From contig NC_000916.1 in the NCBI RefSeq assembly GCF_000008645.1, forward strand, positions 90,001 through 122,000: a stretch of 32,000 nucleotides of DNA, written 5' to 3'. Made by a program: the position numbers and the translations under genes. Every line of letters begins with the position of its first letter. Within the stretch, counting starts at the first letter, position 1. The DNA comes from Methanothermobacter thermautotrophicus str. Delta H. Lineage in GTDB: Archaea > Methanobacteriota > Methanobacteria > Methanobacteriales > Methanothermobacteraceae. Under the pieces are notes generated by a model that ran no database searches, had not been told where the DNA came from, and saw nothing but the letters and a program-made list of their open reading frames with translations. Shown in pieces: positions 1 through 10,169 of this stretch.

Positions 1-1
1 A

Positions 2-526
2 CGCCTTGTTGAATACAAGAGGATCCAGGACCTCATAAGGGCGGTTTCGGTGATAAGGGAGAAGTTCCCTGATATAAGGTGCCGGATAATCGGCACAGGT
101 CCCCTTGAGGAGCGTTTAAGGGGTCTTGCACGTGAACTTGCTGTTGAGGATAACGTTGAGTTCATGGGCTTCGTTGAGAAACACGCAGATGTACTGGAGG
201 TTATAGCAGAGTCCTGGGTCTTCTGCCTTCCAAGCGTGGTTGAAGGCTTTGGAATAGTTGTTGTGGAGGCCATGGGCTGCGGGACACCCTTCGTGGCTGC
301 CAGGATACCCCCTGTAATGGAGTCAAGCCAGGAGAAGGGAGGACTTTTCTTTGAACCCGGAAACTGGCGTGACCTTGCAGAGAAGCTTGAACTTTTGCTC
401 TCCAGCGGAGAGCTCCATGAAAGGTTAAGCTCTGAGGCTGCAGATGTTTTCAGGGACTACAGTGCAGATTCCATAGGTAGAAAGCTGGAGAGAGTGCTGA
501 CGGAGGTCACAGGCAGGGATGAATGA
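2..526 (+). CDS. Glycosyltransferase, GT-B/group 1 (GT4-like), C-terminal part; gene starts upstream of window
   Basis: Frame is open from base 2 (RLVEYKRIQDLIRAVSVIREKFPDIRCRIIGTGPLEERLRGLA...). C-terminal motif 'CLPSVVEGFGIVVVEAMGCGTPFVA' is typical of the GT4 nucleotide-sugar binding domain. Confidence 0.9.
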   Translation, partial: RLVEYKRIQDLIRAVSVIREKFPDIRCRIIGTGPLEERLRGLARELAVEDNVEFMGFVEKHADVLEVIAESWVFCLPSVVEGFGIVVVEAMGCGTPFVAARIPPVMESSQEKGGLFFEPGNWRDLAEKLELLLSSGELHERLSSEAADVFRDYSADSIGRKLERVLTEVTGRDE

Positions 527-606
527 TTCCCCCCATGGGTGTATTCGTGGTTCTTTTTCTCAGGGCTGCTGACAACTATTAATAGTCAGGGAACATAACT
601 GATATT

Positions 607-1289
607 ATGGTTATCTACTTCAGAGGATGTCTTGCAAGGGAGAGACTGCACGGGATATCCAGGGCCACAGAGAAGATACTCAGAGCCGCAGGACTGGAAT
701 ACAGAGTCCTTGATGAAGAGTCATGCTGTGGTTCGGTCCTTCTGAGGACAGGGTTCCTTGAAGAGGCAGAGATTCAGATAAGCAGGACAGGAAGCATGCT
801 TGATGGGGAGGAGGTTGTTGTATCATGTGCTGGCTGCTACAGGACTCTCAGCAGGGATTACAGGGAGAGAGGTTATAATATAGCCGTTAAGCACATATCT
901 CAGCTCATAGAGGAACTGATGGCAGAGGGTAGGATTGAATTTGAGAAAACAGACCTGAAGGTGACCTACCATGACCCCTGTCACCTCTCACGCCACAGCG
1001 ATGAAAGGGACACATCCAGGGCTATTCTGATGGAATTAACAGATTTCAGGGAAATGGAACATCATGGCAGGGACTCCAGATGCTGCGGTGCCGGAGGGGG
1101 CTGCGTTCAGCCCAACCTGATGTATCGTCTGCTGTGGCATCTTCACGGATACAAGAGGCTGCAAGGACCGGGGCAGACATCCTGTGCACCTCCTGTCCAT
1201 TCTGCAGCCTCAACCTCGGAGCAAGATCCATGAGGGTCATGGACATTACAGATGCTCCTATCGGAACTTATCAGGAGGAGAAACGTTGA
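607..1289 (+). CDS. CCG-domain Fe-S oxidoreductase (LutA/GlpC/HdrD C-terminal-like), frame-disrupted at about 1096-1100
   Basis: ORF 607..1233 has a first CCG motif (ESCCGSV), 'SCAGCYRT' and 'TYHDPCHLSRH', then 'SRCCGAGGG'. The conserved continuation LRSAQPDVSSAVASSRIQEAARTGADILCTSCPFCSLNLG is in the frame of ORF 1080..1289. The restored product ends at 1289. Confidence 0.85.
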
Positions 1290-2476
1290 ATGACAGTGAA
1301 ATCCGCCAGTATGAGGATTTCTTCAGCGAAATCAATGAAAGACGCCTTGAACTTCTGGATAGGCCAGAGGTGGCTGAACTGGCAGACAGGGTCAGGACGA
1401 TACGTGAATCATCCATTGAGAACCTCAACGAACTCATAGCAGGGGCATCTGAACGCTTCACGGAAAACGGCGTCGAGTTCCATCTTGCAGCTGACGCTGA
1501 TGATGCCTGCAGGATAATATATGAGAGCCTCGAAGGTGACACCATTGCAAAGTCAAAGTCCAACACCCTCTCCGAGATAGGGCTCGCAGATTACCTCAGG
1601 AGGAGGGGGGTGGAGGTAATTGAGACGGACCTGGGGGACCGTATACTCCAGCTTGCAGGTATAGGAAAACCTGCGCACCCTGTTGGACCGGCTCTCCACC
1701 TGGGTGTATCTGAAATAGCGGCCATAGTAAGGGATAAACTCGAAGCTGACATCAGGGATGATCCCCATGAGATAATGGAGGCGGTGAGATCCGATATACT
1801 GCAGTCCATAGCTGAATGCAGTGCAGGGATAACCGGTGCCAATTCTGTGGCAGCCTCTGATGGATCAGCTGTTATAGTCCATAACGAGGGAAACGTGGCC
1901 AGGCTCTCACTCATGGACACACACATCATGGTCTTTGGTGTGGATAAACTGGTCCCTCAGATCGAGGATGCTGTATCGGTGGTTAAACTGGAGACCGCCT
2001 ATGCCACAGGTACCAGGGTGCCATCCTACATCAACGTGATCTCAGGACCCTCAAAGACCGCGGATATAGAGAAGATGCTCCTAACCGGGATGTACGGTGC
2101 ATCAAGGGTCATAGCAGTTGCAGTTGACAACGGGAGGTCCGAAGCATACCCGGAGGCCCTCCTCTGCATAGGGTGCGGCAGCTGCATAGTCAGCTGTCCC
2201 GTCTACAACACAGTCGGGAACAGGTTCGGTTACCGTGGATACCTGGGGGGCCGTGGTGTTGTTATGAGCAGCTTCATTGATGGCAGGGAAGCTGCAGCTG
2301 AATCAGGCCTCTACATGTGCACCCTGTGTGGTCTCTGCACCGAGAAATGCCCGGTTCGACCCCCCGCTGCTGAGATGATGGATAGGCTCCGGCGGAACTG
2401 CGTTGCCGCGGGTATAAGGCACCCAAGCCACATGAGGATAGCGGCGCGGATACTCAGGAGGGGTTCACCCCTCTGA
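1286..2476 (+). CDS. LutB-like iron-sulfur protein: N-terminal LUD domain plus C-terminal 4Fe-4S ferredoxin domain
   Basis: TTG start at 1286 preceded by AGGAGGAG (1273-1280) and overlapping the preceding stop (TTGA). Protein includes CIGCGSCIVSCPVYNTVG and CTLCGLCTEKCPVRPP cluster motifs. Confidence 0.85.
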   Translation: MNDSEIRQYEDFFSEINERRLELLDRPEVAELADRVRTIRESSIENLNELIAGASERFTENGVEFHLAADADDACRIIYESLEGDTIAKSKSNTLSEIGLADYLRRRGVEVIETDLGDRILQLAGIGKPAHPVGPALHLGVSEIAAIVRDKLEADIRDDPHEIMEAVRSDILQSIAECSAGITGANSVAASDGSAVIVHNEGNVARLSLMDTHIMVFGVDKLVPQIEDAVSVVKLETAYATGTRVPSYINVISGPSKTADIEKMLLTGMYGASRVIAVAVDNGRSEAYPEALLCIGCGSCIVSCPVYNTVGNRFGYRGYLGGRGVVMSSFIDGREAAAESGLYMCTLCGLCTEKCPVRPPAAEMMDRLRRNCVAAGIRHPSHMRIAARILRRGSPL

Positions 2477-2485
2477 AAAGAAAGG

Positions 2486-2493
2486 TATAAAAA
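2486..2493 (+). promoter_or_regulatory. Candidate archaeal TATA box for the mfnB transcript
   Basis: aaaggTATAAAAAgg about 93 bp upstream of the TTG start at 2579; implies a fairly long leader if used. Confidence 0.5.
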
Positions 2494-2578
2494 GGTGCTG
2501 TGCTAGATAAATTAAAAAAATTATCATATCATGTTTCTTGGGATATTCATTCCATGATTTTTACCAGGAGGTTATAGA

Positions 2579-3289
2579 TTGCTTCTATTGATAAGTCCAA
2601 TTAACACTGAGGAGGCACTAGAAGCCATAGAAGGCGGTGCAGACATAGTCGATGTTAAGAACCCTGCAGAGGGATCCCTGGGAGCAAATTTCCCGTGGGT
2701 GATCCGCAGGGTCAGGGAGATGACACCGGAGGACATGCTTGTAAGCGCGACACTGGGTGATGTGCCCTACAAGCCGGGCACAGTATCCCTTGCAGCCATG
2801 GGGGCGCTGGTGTCAGGAGCTGACTACATAAAGGTGGGTCTATACGGGACCAGAAACTATGATGAGGCAGTTGACGTCATGAAGAACGTTGTGAGGGCTG
2901 TTAAGGACCAGTCAGACGCCATCGTGGTTGCAGCCGGCTACGCTGACGCTCACCGTGTTGGCGCTGTTGAACCCATGGAGATACCCCGCGTTGCGGCTGA
3001 TTCCGGTGCAGACCTTGCAATGCTTGACACCGCCGTTAAGGACGGTAAAACACTCTTTGACTTCATGGACATGGAAAAACTGGAATCCTTTGTATCAGCT
3101 GCCCGTGATCATGGACTGAAGTCAGCCCTCGCAGGATCAGTTGGCAGGGAACACCTGAAACCCCTCCATGAGATTGGCTGCGACGTTGTAGGCATAAGGG
3201 GGGCTGCATGTGTTGGCGGAGACCGCAACACAGGCAGAATCCACAGGGACGCTGTGAGGGAACTCAAGGAACTCCTGGACAGCTTCTAA
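2579..3289 (+). CDS. mfnB: (5-formylfuran-3-yl)methyl phosphate synthase (4-HFC-P synthase), methanofuran biosynthesis
   Basis: [47 protein letters not shown]...YIKVGLYG is characteristic of the MfnB/DUF556 family. TTG start with upstream CAGGAGGT. Confidence 0.9.
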   Translation: MLLLISPINTEEALEAIEGGADIVDVKNPAEGSLGANFPWVIRRVREMTPEDMLVSATLGDVPYKPGTVSLAAMGALVSGADYIKVGLYGTRNYDEAVDVMKNVVRAVKDQSDAIVVAAGYADAHRVGAVEPMEIPRVAADSGADLAMLDTAVKDGKTLFDFMDMEKLESFVSAARDHGLKSALAGSVGREHLKPLHEIGCDVVGIRGAACVGGDRNTGRIHRDAVRELKELLDSF

Positions 3290-3307
3290 ATTAGCTGAGG
3301 GATTTGA

Positions 3308-4790
<1,483 letters not shown>

Positions 4791-4800
4791 TTATTTTTTT

Positions 4801-5400
4801 ATGGAAATGAGTGAACTTGACTCTGTTGCTGTCCTCTGCGGTGGCAGGGGAAGGCGGATGGGCTCAGATAAGGGACTTCTTCTCATGGATGACCGGCCCT
4901 TCATAGAGATCATAACAGCAAAATTACTTGGACATTTCAGTGATGTCCTTGTGGTTCTGCGTGACACTGACCAGGCCGGGACCTACAGGGGCATCCTCGA
5001 TGACCGTGTGAGGATCCTGACGGATGAGCTGCCTGGTGCAGGACCCCTTGGAGGAATATACACTGCACTGGGGAATATATCAGGGGATGCTGCGCTTTTC
5101 CTCCCCTGTGACGCGCCCCTTGTTACGGACGAGTTCCTGGTGAATATGAAGGAGTGCTTCCGGAGGCTTGGGGATTCCTGTGACGCCATAGTACCATGGG
5201 GGGATGATGGACCGGAACCCCTCCATGCTGTGTACTCTGCCAGGGTGAGGGGGACTGTGGAGGCGCTTCTATCCAAAAATAAAAGGAGAGTGGGGACTCT
5301 GATTGAATCCATTAACTCCTGCCGCATAGCCGCAATCAGACTGGATCCGACACTTCAAAGCTTCAGGAACTTCAACCGTCCGGAGGATCTCAGGATCTGA
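4801..5400 (+). CDS. mobA: Molybdenum cofactor guanylyltransferase
   Basis: SVAVLCGGRGRRMGSDKGLLLMDDRPFIE nucleotidyltransferase signature and LPCDAPLVT. ATG at 4801 is preferred over the ORF-track start 4759 because the restored guaB ends at 4790. Confidence 0.85.
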   Translation: MEMSELDSVAVLCGGRGRRMGSDKGLLLMDDRPFIEIITAKLLGHFSDVLVVLRDTDQAGTYRGILDDRVRILTDELPGAGPLGGIYTALGNISGDAALFLPCDAPLVTDEFLVNMKECFRRLGDSCDAIVPWGDDGPEPLHAVYSARVRGTVEALLSKNKRRVGTLIESINSCRIAAIRLDPTLQSFRNFNRPEDLRI

Positions 5401-5602
5401 TATCAACTGTGCGTGGATTCCTTCCCATCTCAAGAACAAACTTGTTTACACGCTCAATCATGTCGATGTAGTGTTCTTTATGGATTTTCTTCCCATCGAC
5501 AAGAGCATATTTCGGTAGAGACCCGTACAGATTCTTAAACTCAATTATCTCGCTAACCATTTCCCTATACTGCTCTAGGGTCAACCTTTCCATGGATACC
5601 AA
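5390..5602 (-). CDS. Small stand-alone pseudomurein-binding-repeat (PMBR)-like protein, 70 aa (or 67 aa from an internal ATG at 5593)
   Basis: LTLEQYREMVSEIIEFKNLYGSLPKYALVDGKKIHKEHYIDMIERVNKFVLEMGRNPRTVDI resembles the 'Y.dmi.RV..F...nGr.P' pattern of PMB repeats. No signal peptide or TM segment is evident. A TATA-like stretch lies upstream on the minus strand. Confidence 0.6.
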   Translation of the reverse strand: MVSMERLTLEQYREMVSEIIEFKNLYGSLPKYALVDGKKIHKEHYIDMIERVNKFVLEMGRNPRTVDIRS

Positions 5603-5739
5603 CCACAGGAGTTTTTCTATACTCTCTTTATCATAATATATAAGTTATACGATTTTATTTTCACATCAAGCCAATATTAAAAATTTAAATTAAAATATGA
5701 AATCTTTCTGGCCCCCTTTACTGAATTCTTCCCATGAAC

Positions 5740-6498
5740 TCAACTGAGGACCTCCACCCGCGCCTCCCTGTTGAAGGGGTTCTTCCTCACTGCGAGGGAA
5801 AATAGGTAGGGGTAGTTCTCACTCAGGTGCTCCATGTAGCCAAGCCACTCCCCGATAACTGCACTGTAGGCCCTCGTAAGGTCACCTGCAAGGTGTTCAT
5901 AGTCTGAAGGCGGGAGGGAGGTGATATCCTCCCTGGCCTCGAGCTCCTCCATCAGATGGAACACGGCCCAGAGCATATCTGTGAAACTCTCATGTTCAAG
6001 TAGATTAGGATTTTCCAGGAGCCCAAGGAGGAACTTCCTCCTTGATACGAGAAACTCCCTAAGGTAATGCAGGAGTTCAATGCTCTCCTCTGATCCAAGC
6101 TCAAAACTGAAGTCCAGACCATTGAACTCATCAATTATTTTTCTGAAATCATCACTGCTCCAGGAGGTATCCATGATCAGTCTGGATGCAATGAACGGTG
6201 TGTTTGATTCAAAGGGGGACACCTCCCTCAGGAACTCTGTACCGGTTTCACTGAAGAATGCACCTATGACTATGTTGAGCTTTTCAAGCCTCTCAGAGAG
6301 TTCCCTTCGGGATATAGCGGCCTCAACAACTATCACCACTATAAGTATCTCCAGGGGCACGAATGCAAGGTCTATACCAATGTAGAAGAGCTCTGTTTCA
6401 GGTTTATGGAATATCAGATATAAAATGAAGTATATGGATGCTGATACAAGTACCAGAAGAAGCGCCAGTTTTACTCTCCAGTTAATTTTTGTCTTCAT
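5740..6498 (-). CDS. Hypothetical membrane protein with two N-terminal transmembrane helices and a soluble domain
   Basis: Long ORF with MKTKINWRVKLALLLVLVSASIYFILYLIF and FYIGIDLAFVPLEILIVVIVVEAAI hydrophobic segments. Co-directional with cbiT. Confidence 0.75.
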   Translation of the reverse strand: MKTKINWRVKLALLLVLVSASIYFILYLIFHKPETELFYIGIDLAFVPLEILIVVIVVEAAISRRELSERLEKLNIVIGAFFSETGTEFLREVSPFESNTPFIASRLIMDTSWSSDDFRKIIDEFNGLDFSFELGSEESIELLHYLREFLVSRRKFLLGLLENPNLLEHESFTDMLWAVFHLMEELEAREDITSLPPSDYEHLAGDLTRAYSAVIGEWLGYMEHLSENYPYLFSLAVRKNPFNREARVEVLS

Positions 6499-6557
6499 TG
6501 GATACCCCCTGTATCTGGGTTGCTTTCCAGTTAATCTTTGTTTTCATGGGATACCCC
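6478..6557. repeat. Direct repeat pair (31 bp, 28/31 identical, period 49 bp) at the cbiT stop / downstream gene start junction
   Basis: 6478-6508 CCAGTTAATTTTTGTCTTCATTGGATACCCC and 6527-6557 CCAGTTAATCTTTGTTTTCATGGGATACCCC. Confidence 0.9.
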
Positions 6558-7109
6558 AGTGTATATCAGTGCAACAGGGTTCCTTGAGACCATCATGGTG
6601 CCTCTATCAAGTGCACGGCCCCTTGCTATGTTGAGTTCAGTGATGTTCACATCAAATCCAAGGTCCCTGAGGCACTCCATTGCCTCAAACTTCGTCTCAA
6701 GGAGTATCGCCGTCACGATTATCCTGCCACCGGGCTTCAACTTATCCTTTATAATCCTGAGGATCTCCTGCAGTTCACCCCCGCTACCACCCACAACTGC
6801 AATGTCGATGTCAGGGATCTTACAGAGGGCCTCAGGGGCATCACCCTCCATCAGTGTTACATTATCTCCAAGGCCATGCCTCTGGAGGTTCATTTCAGTT
6901 GTTGAGATGGCTTCAGGGTTCCTGTCGATTGCATAGACCCTTCTGACCCTCCCTGCAAGTTCTAGGGTCACTCCACCGGTTCCACAGCCCACATCAACGG
7001 CAACATCATTTTTACCGGGCTCTGCAAGGCACATGATGAGGCATCTCACTTCCATGGCGGTTGGGCCCGGGACTGAGGGGTTCTTTATGAACTCATCGTC
7101 GGGTATCAA
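6531..7109 (-). CDS. cbiT: Cobalt-precorrin decarboxylating methyltransferase (CbiT family)
   Basis: SAM-binding motif VAVDVGCGTGGVTLELAG and overall sequence recognised as the Methanothermobacter CbiT. TTG start at 7109 with GGTGAT upstream. Confidence 0.93.
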   Translation of the reverse strand: MIPDDEFIKNPSVPGPTAMEVRCLIMCLAEPGKNDVAVDVGCGTGGVTLELAGRVRRVYAIDRNPEAISTTEMNLQRHGLGDNVTLMEGDAPEALCKIPDIDIAVVGGSGGELQEILRIIKDKLKPGGRIIVTAILLETKFEAMECLRDLGFDVNITELNIARGRALDRGTMMVSRNPVALIYTGVSHENKD

Positions 7110-7174
7110 GTCATCACCTTTACTGGGGGGTTATTCCATCATCGTTGAACTCATCGTCGGGTATCAGGTCATCA
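7088..7174. repeat. Direct repeat pair (29 bp, 28/29 identical, period 58 bp) at the cbiT start
   Basis: 7088-7116 TGAACTCATCGTCGGGTATCAAGTCATCA and 7146-7174 TGAACTCATCGTCGGGTATCAGGTCATCA. Confidence 0.95.
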
Positions 7175-7187
7175 AATCTTAATGCGG

Positions 7188-7748
7188 TTAGATATCCTTA
7201 CCTGTCCACCTTCTGAAGAGGTCGTTCTCTATTCCAAGTACATCAAGGACCTTTCCAGCTATGAAGTCCGCCATATCCTCTATGCTGGCGGGTTTATGGT
7301 AGAAACCTGGCATGGCAGGGAGTATTATCCCACCCTCCCTTGAGACCCTGAGCATGTTTTCAAGATGGACACTCCTCAACGGGGTTTCCCTTGGGACGAG
7401 GACAAGATCCCTTCTCTCCTTCAGGCAGACATCTGCAGCCCTTGTAAGGGAATTCTCAGCATATCCGTTGGCTATGGCAGAGAGGGTCTTCATTGTGCAG
7501 GGAGCGATGACCATTGCCCTGAAGGGGGATGATCCGCTGTTTATGGATGTTGTGAAGTCACTGGCATCGAAGCACTCATCTGCCAGTTCCTCAAGGGCCC
7601 CTGGTTCAATCCCAAGTTCATATCTTATTATCTCACGTGCGGTGTCGGTTATCATGAGTCCAATCCTCACTCCAGCCCCTCTGAGGGCCTTCAGGATCCT
7701 CTCACCATAGATAACACCACTCGCACCTGTCATGGCAAGTATTATCAT
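7188..7748 (-). CDS. ubiX: Flavin prenyltransferase UbiX family
   Basis: MIILAMTGASGVIYGERILKAL...SINSGSSPFRAMVIAPCTMKTLSAIANGYAENSLTRAADVCLKERRDLVLVPRETP is the UbiX/Pad1 signature. ORF track allows a start at 7763. Confidence 0.93.
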   Translation of the reverse strand: MIILAMTGASGVIYGERILKALRGAGVRIGLMITDTAREIIRYELGIEPGALEELADECFDASDFTTSINSGSSPFRAMVIAPCTMKTLSAIANGYAENSLTRAADVCLKERRDLVLVPRETPLRSVHLENMLRVSREGGIILPAMPGFYHKPASIEDMADFIAGKVLDVLGIENDLFRRWTGKDI

Positions 7749-7786
7749 TTTAATCACCTTCATTCATGTGGGTAACATTCAGAAGA

Positions 7787-9007
7787 TCATCTGAACCGGA
7801 GGTAGTCCGGGACTGTTAGGCGCAGCTGCCTTGGATGGGAGGGCCTTCTCTCAGGGAGGTCCATGTAGTCATGGAGGCTGAAGTCCCTGAAGGACCCTGC
7901 AAACTCCCCGGGAACATAGACACAGATATCTGCATGATTGAACCTGGCCTCCTTCAGGGCCCCGACGAGGCTTGAAATGTGGCTCAGGTTTACAATTGAG
8001 TCACCAACAGAGACCTGGGTCCTCATCTCATCAAAGGCAGGGTACTCGGGTAGATTCACCACCACGTAGTCGGGGTCGAGGCCCATGTCCTCTGCTATCT
8101 CCTCCTCAGCCCTCTGTATCTCTGCCTCCGTTATCCTGAAGACCCTATCAGGGTCCTCAAGTTCATTGAGCTTCACCGAGTCAACGGTCTTGAGGAGGTC
8201 CCTGTTATCAAGCCTCCTCATCATATCACCTGCAAGGCCCTCCTGGTTCCTGCACATGACGATGAGGTCCATGTCGTCGTACCTGTAGATCCTGGACGCG
8301 TCCAGGACGCCACCTGATATGAGGCTCCTGAGGCACCTCCTGAACATGGAGTTCACGATCCTGGTGGTGTGGTGCTGGTATACGCTGGGGTACATGAAGT
8401 ACCTTGCAAGGAGGGCGGATTCGGCTGCCTGGACGCCCTTCCTGTCGAGTACAAGGTCGTTCTCCATCTTCATGTTGTATATCAGCCTTTCAACGTCGAT
8501 TATACCGTAGGCCACACCTGTGTAGTGGGAGTCCCTGAGGAGGTAGTCCATCCTGTCAACATCCAGCTCCCCGCTGATGGCCTGGCCAAGGACTCCCTCA
8601 CCCCTGAGTATCCTCATAACCTGCCTGAGGTCGAACTCCTCGGATATTATGTCCCCAAGGATGGATTTTCTTATCAGCTCCCTTGTGAGGCTCTCATGGG
8701 ACATCTCAAGGACACCCTCGGATACATGGGAGAATGGGCCGTGCCCAACGTCGTGGAGGAGGGCGCACAGCCTCAGGACCCTCTTCTTTTCATGGCCAAG
8801 ACCGAGGTGCTCTGCAAGTCGTGATGCAAGGTACATGGCACCTATGGAGTGTTCGAACCTTGAATGGTTTGCACCGGGGTATATGAGGCTGGTGAATCCG
8901 AGCTGCTTTATGCGCCTGAGGCGCTGGAACTGTGGCGTGTCAACTATCCTGACCTCGAACTCACTCAGTTTCAGGTTTCCATGGACGCTGTCCCTTATGA
9001 ATTTCAT
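7787..9007 (-). CDS. HD-domain phosphohydrolase (dGTPase/SAMHD1-like family)
   Basis: RRLRRIKQLG...YPGANHSRFEHSIG...LCALLHDVGHGPFSHVSE...DYLLRDSHYTG motifs. Confidence 0.9.
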   Translation of the reverse strand: MKFIRDSVHGNLKLSEFEVRIVDTPQFQRLRRIKQLGFTSLIYPGANHSRFEHSIGAMYLASRLAEHLGLGHEKKRVLRLCALLHDVGHGPFSHVSEGVLEMSHESLTRELIRKSILGDIISEEFDLRQVMRILRGEGVLGQAISGELDVDRMDYLLRDSHYTGVAYGIIDVERLIYNMKMENDLVLDRKGVQAAESALLARYFMYPSVYQHHTTRIVNSMFRRCLRSLISGGVLDASRIYRYDDMDLIVMCRNQEGLAGDMMRRLDNRDLLKTVDSVKLNELEDPDRVFRITEAEIQRAEEEIAEDMGLDPDYVVVNLPEYPAFDEMRTQVSVGDSIVNLSHISSLVGALKEARFNHADICVYVPGEFAGSFRDFSLHDYMDLPERRPSHPRQLRLTVPDYLRFR

Positions 9008-9054
9008 GTCTTGCCCCGTTAATCTGTTCCAGGAGGTTTCTGTCCTGATTTTTT

Positions 9055-10037
<983 letters not shown>

Positions 10038-10169
10038 TTATTATGTCAGTAAAACTATTAGAACTATGGTGCTTCTAGTATATATTCATGGAGCCGGTGG
10101 CGATTGTGGATCATTCAATGGCAGTCTGCAGTTCATGGACACTGCCAGAGGAGATGGGCAGGTGATACA

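Noticed and set aside
1046-1289. Programmed ribosomal frameshifting as the explanation for the lutA-like frame switch
   Set aside because: The A GGG GGC context is not a canonical slippery heptamer and I see no obvious downstream stimulatory structure by eye. Single-G loss in a homopolymer is simpler. Not strictly excluded.
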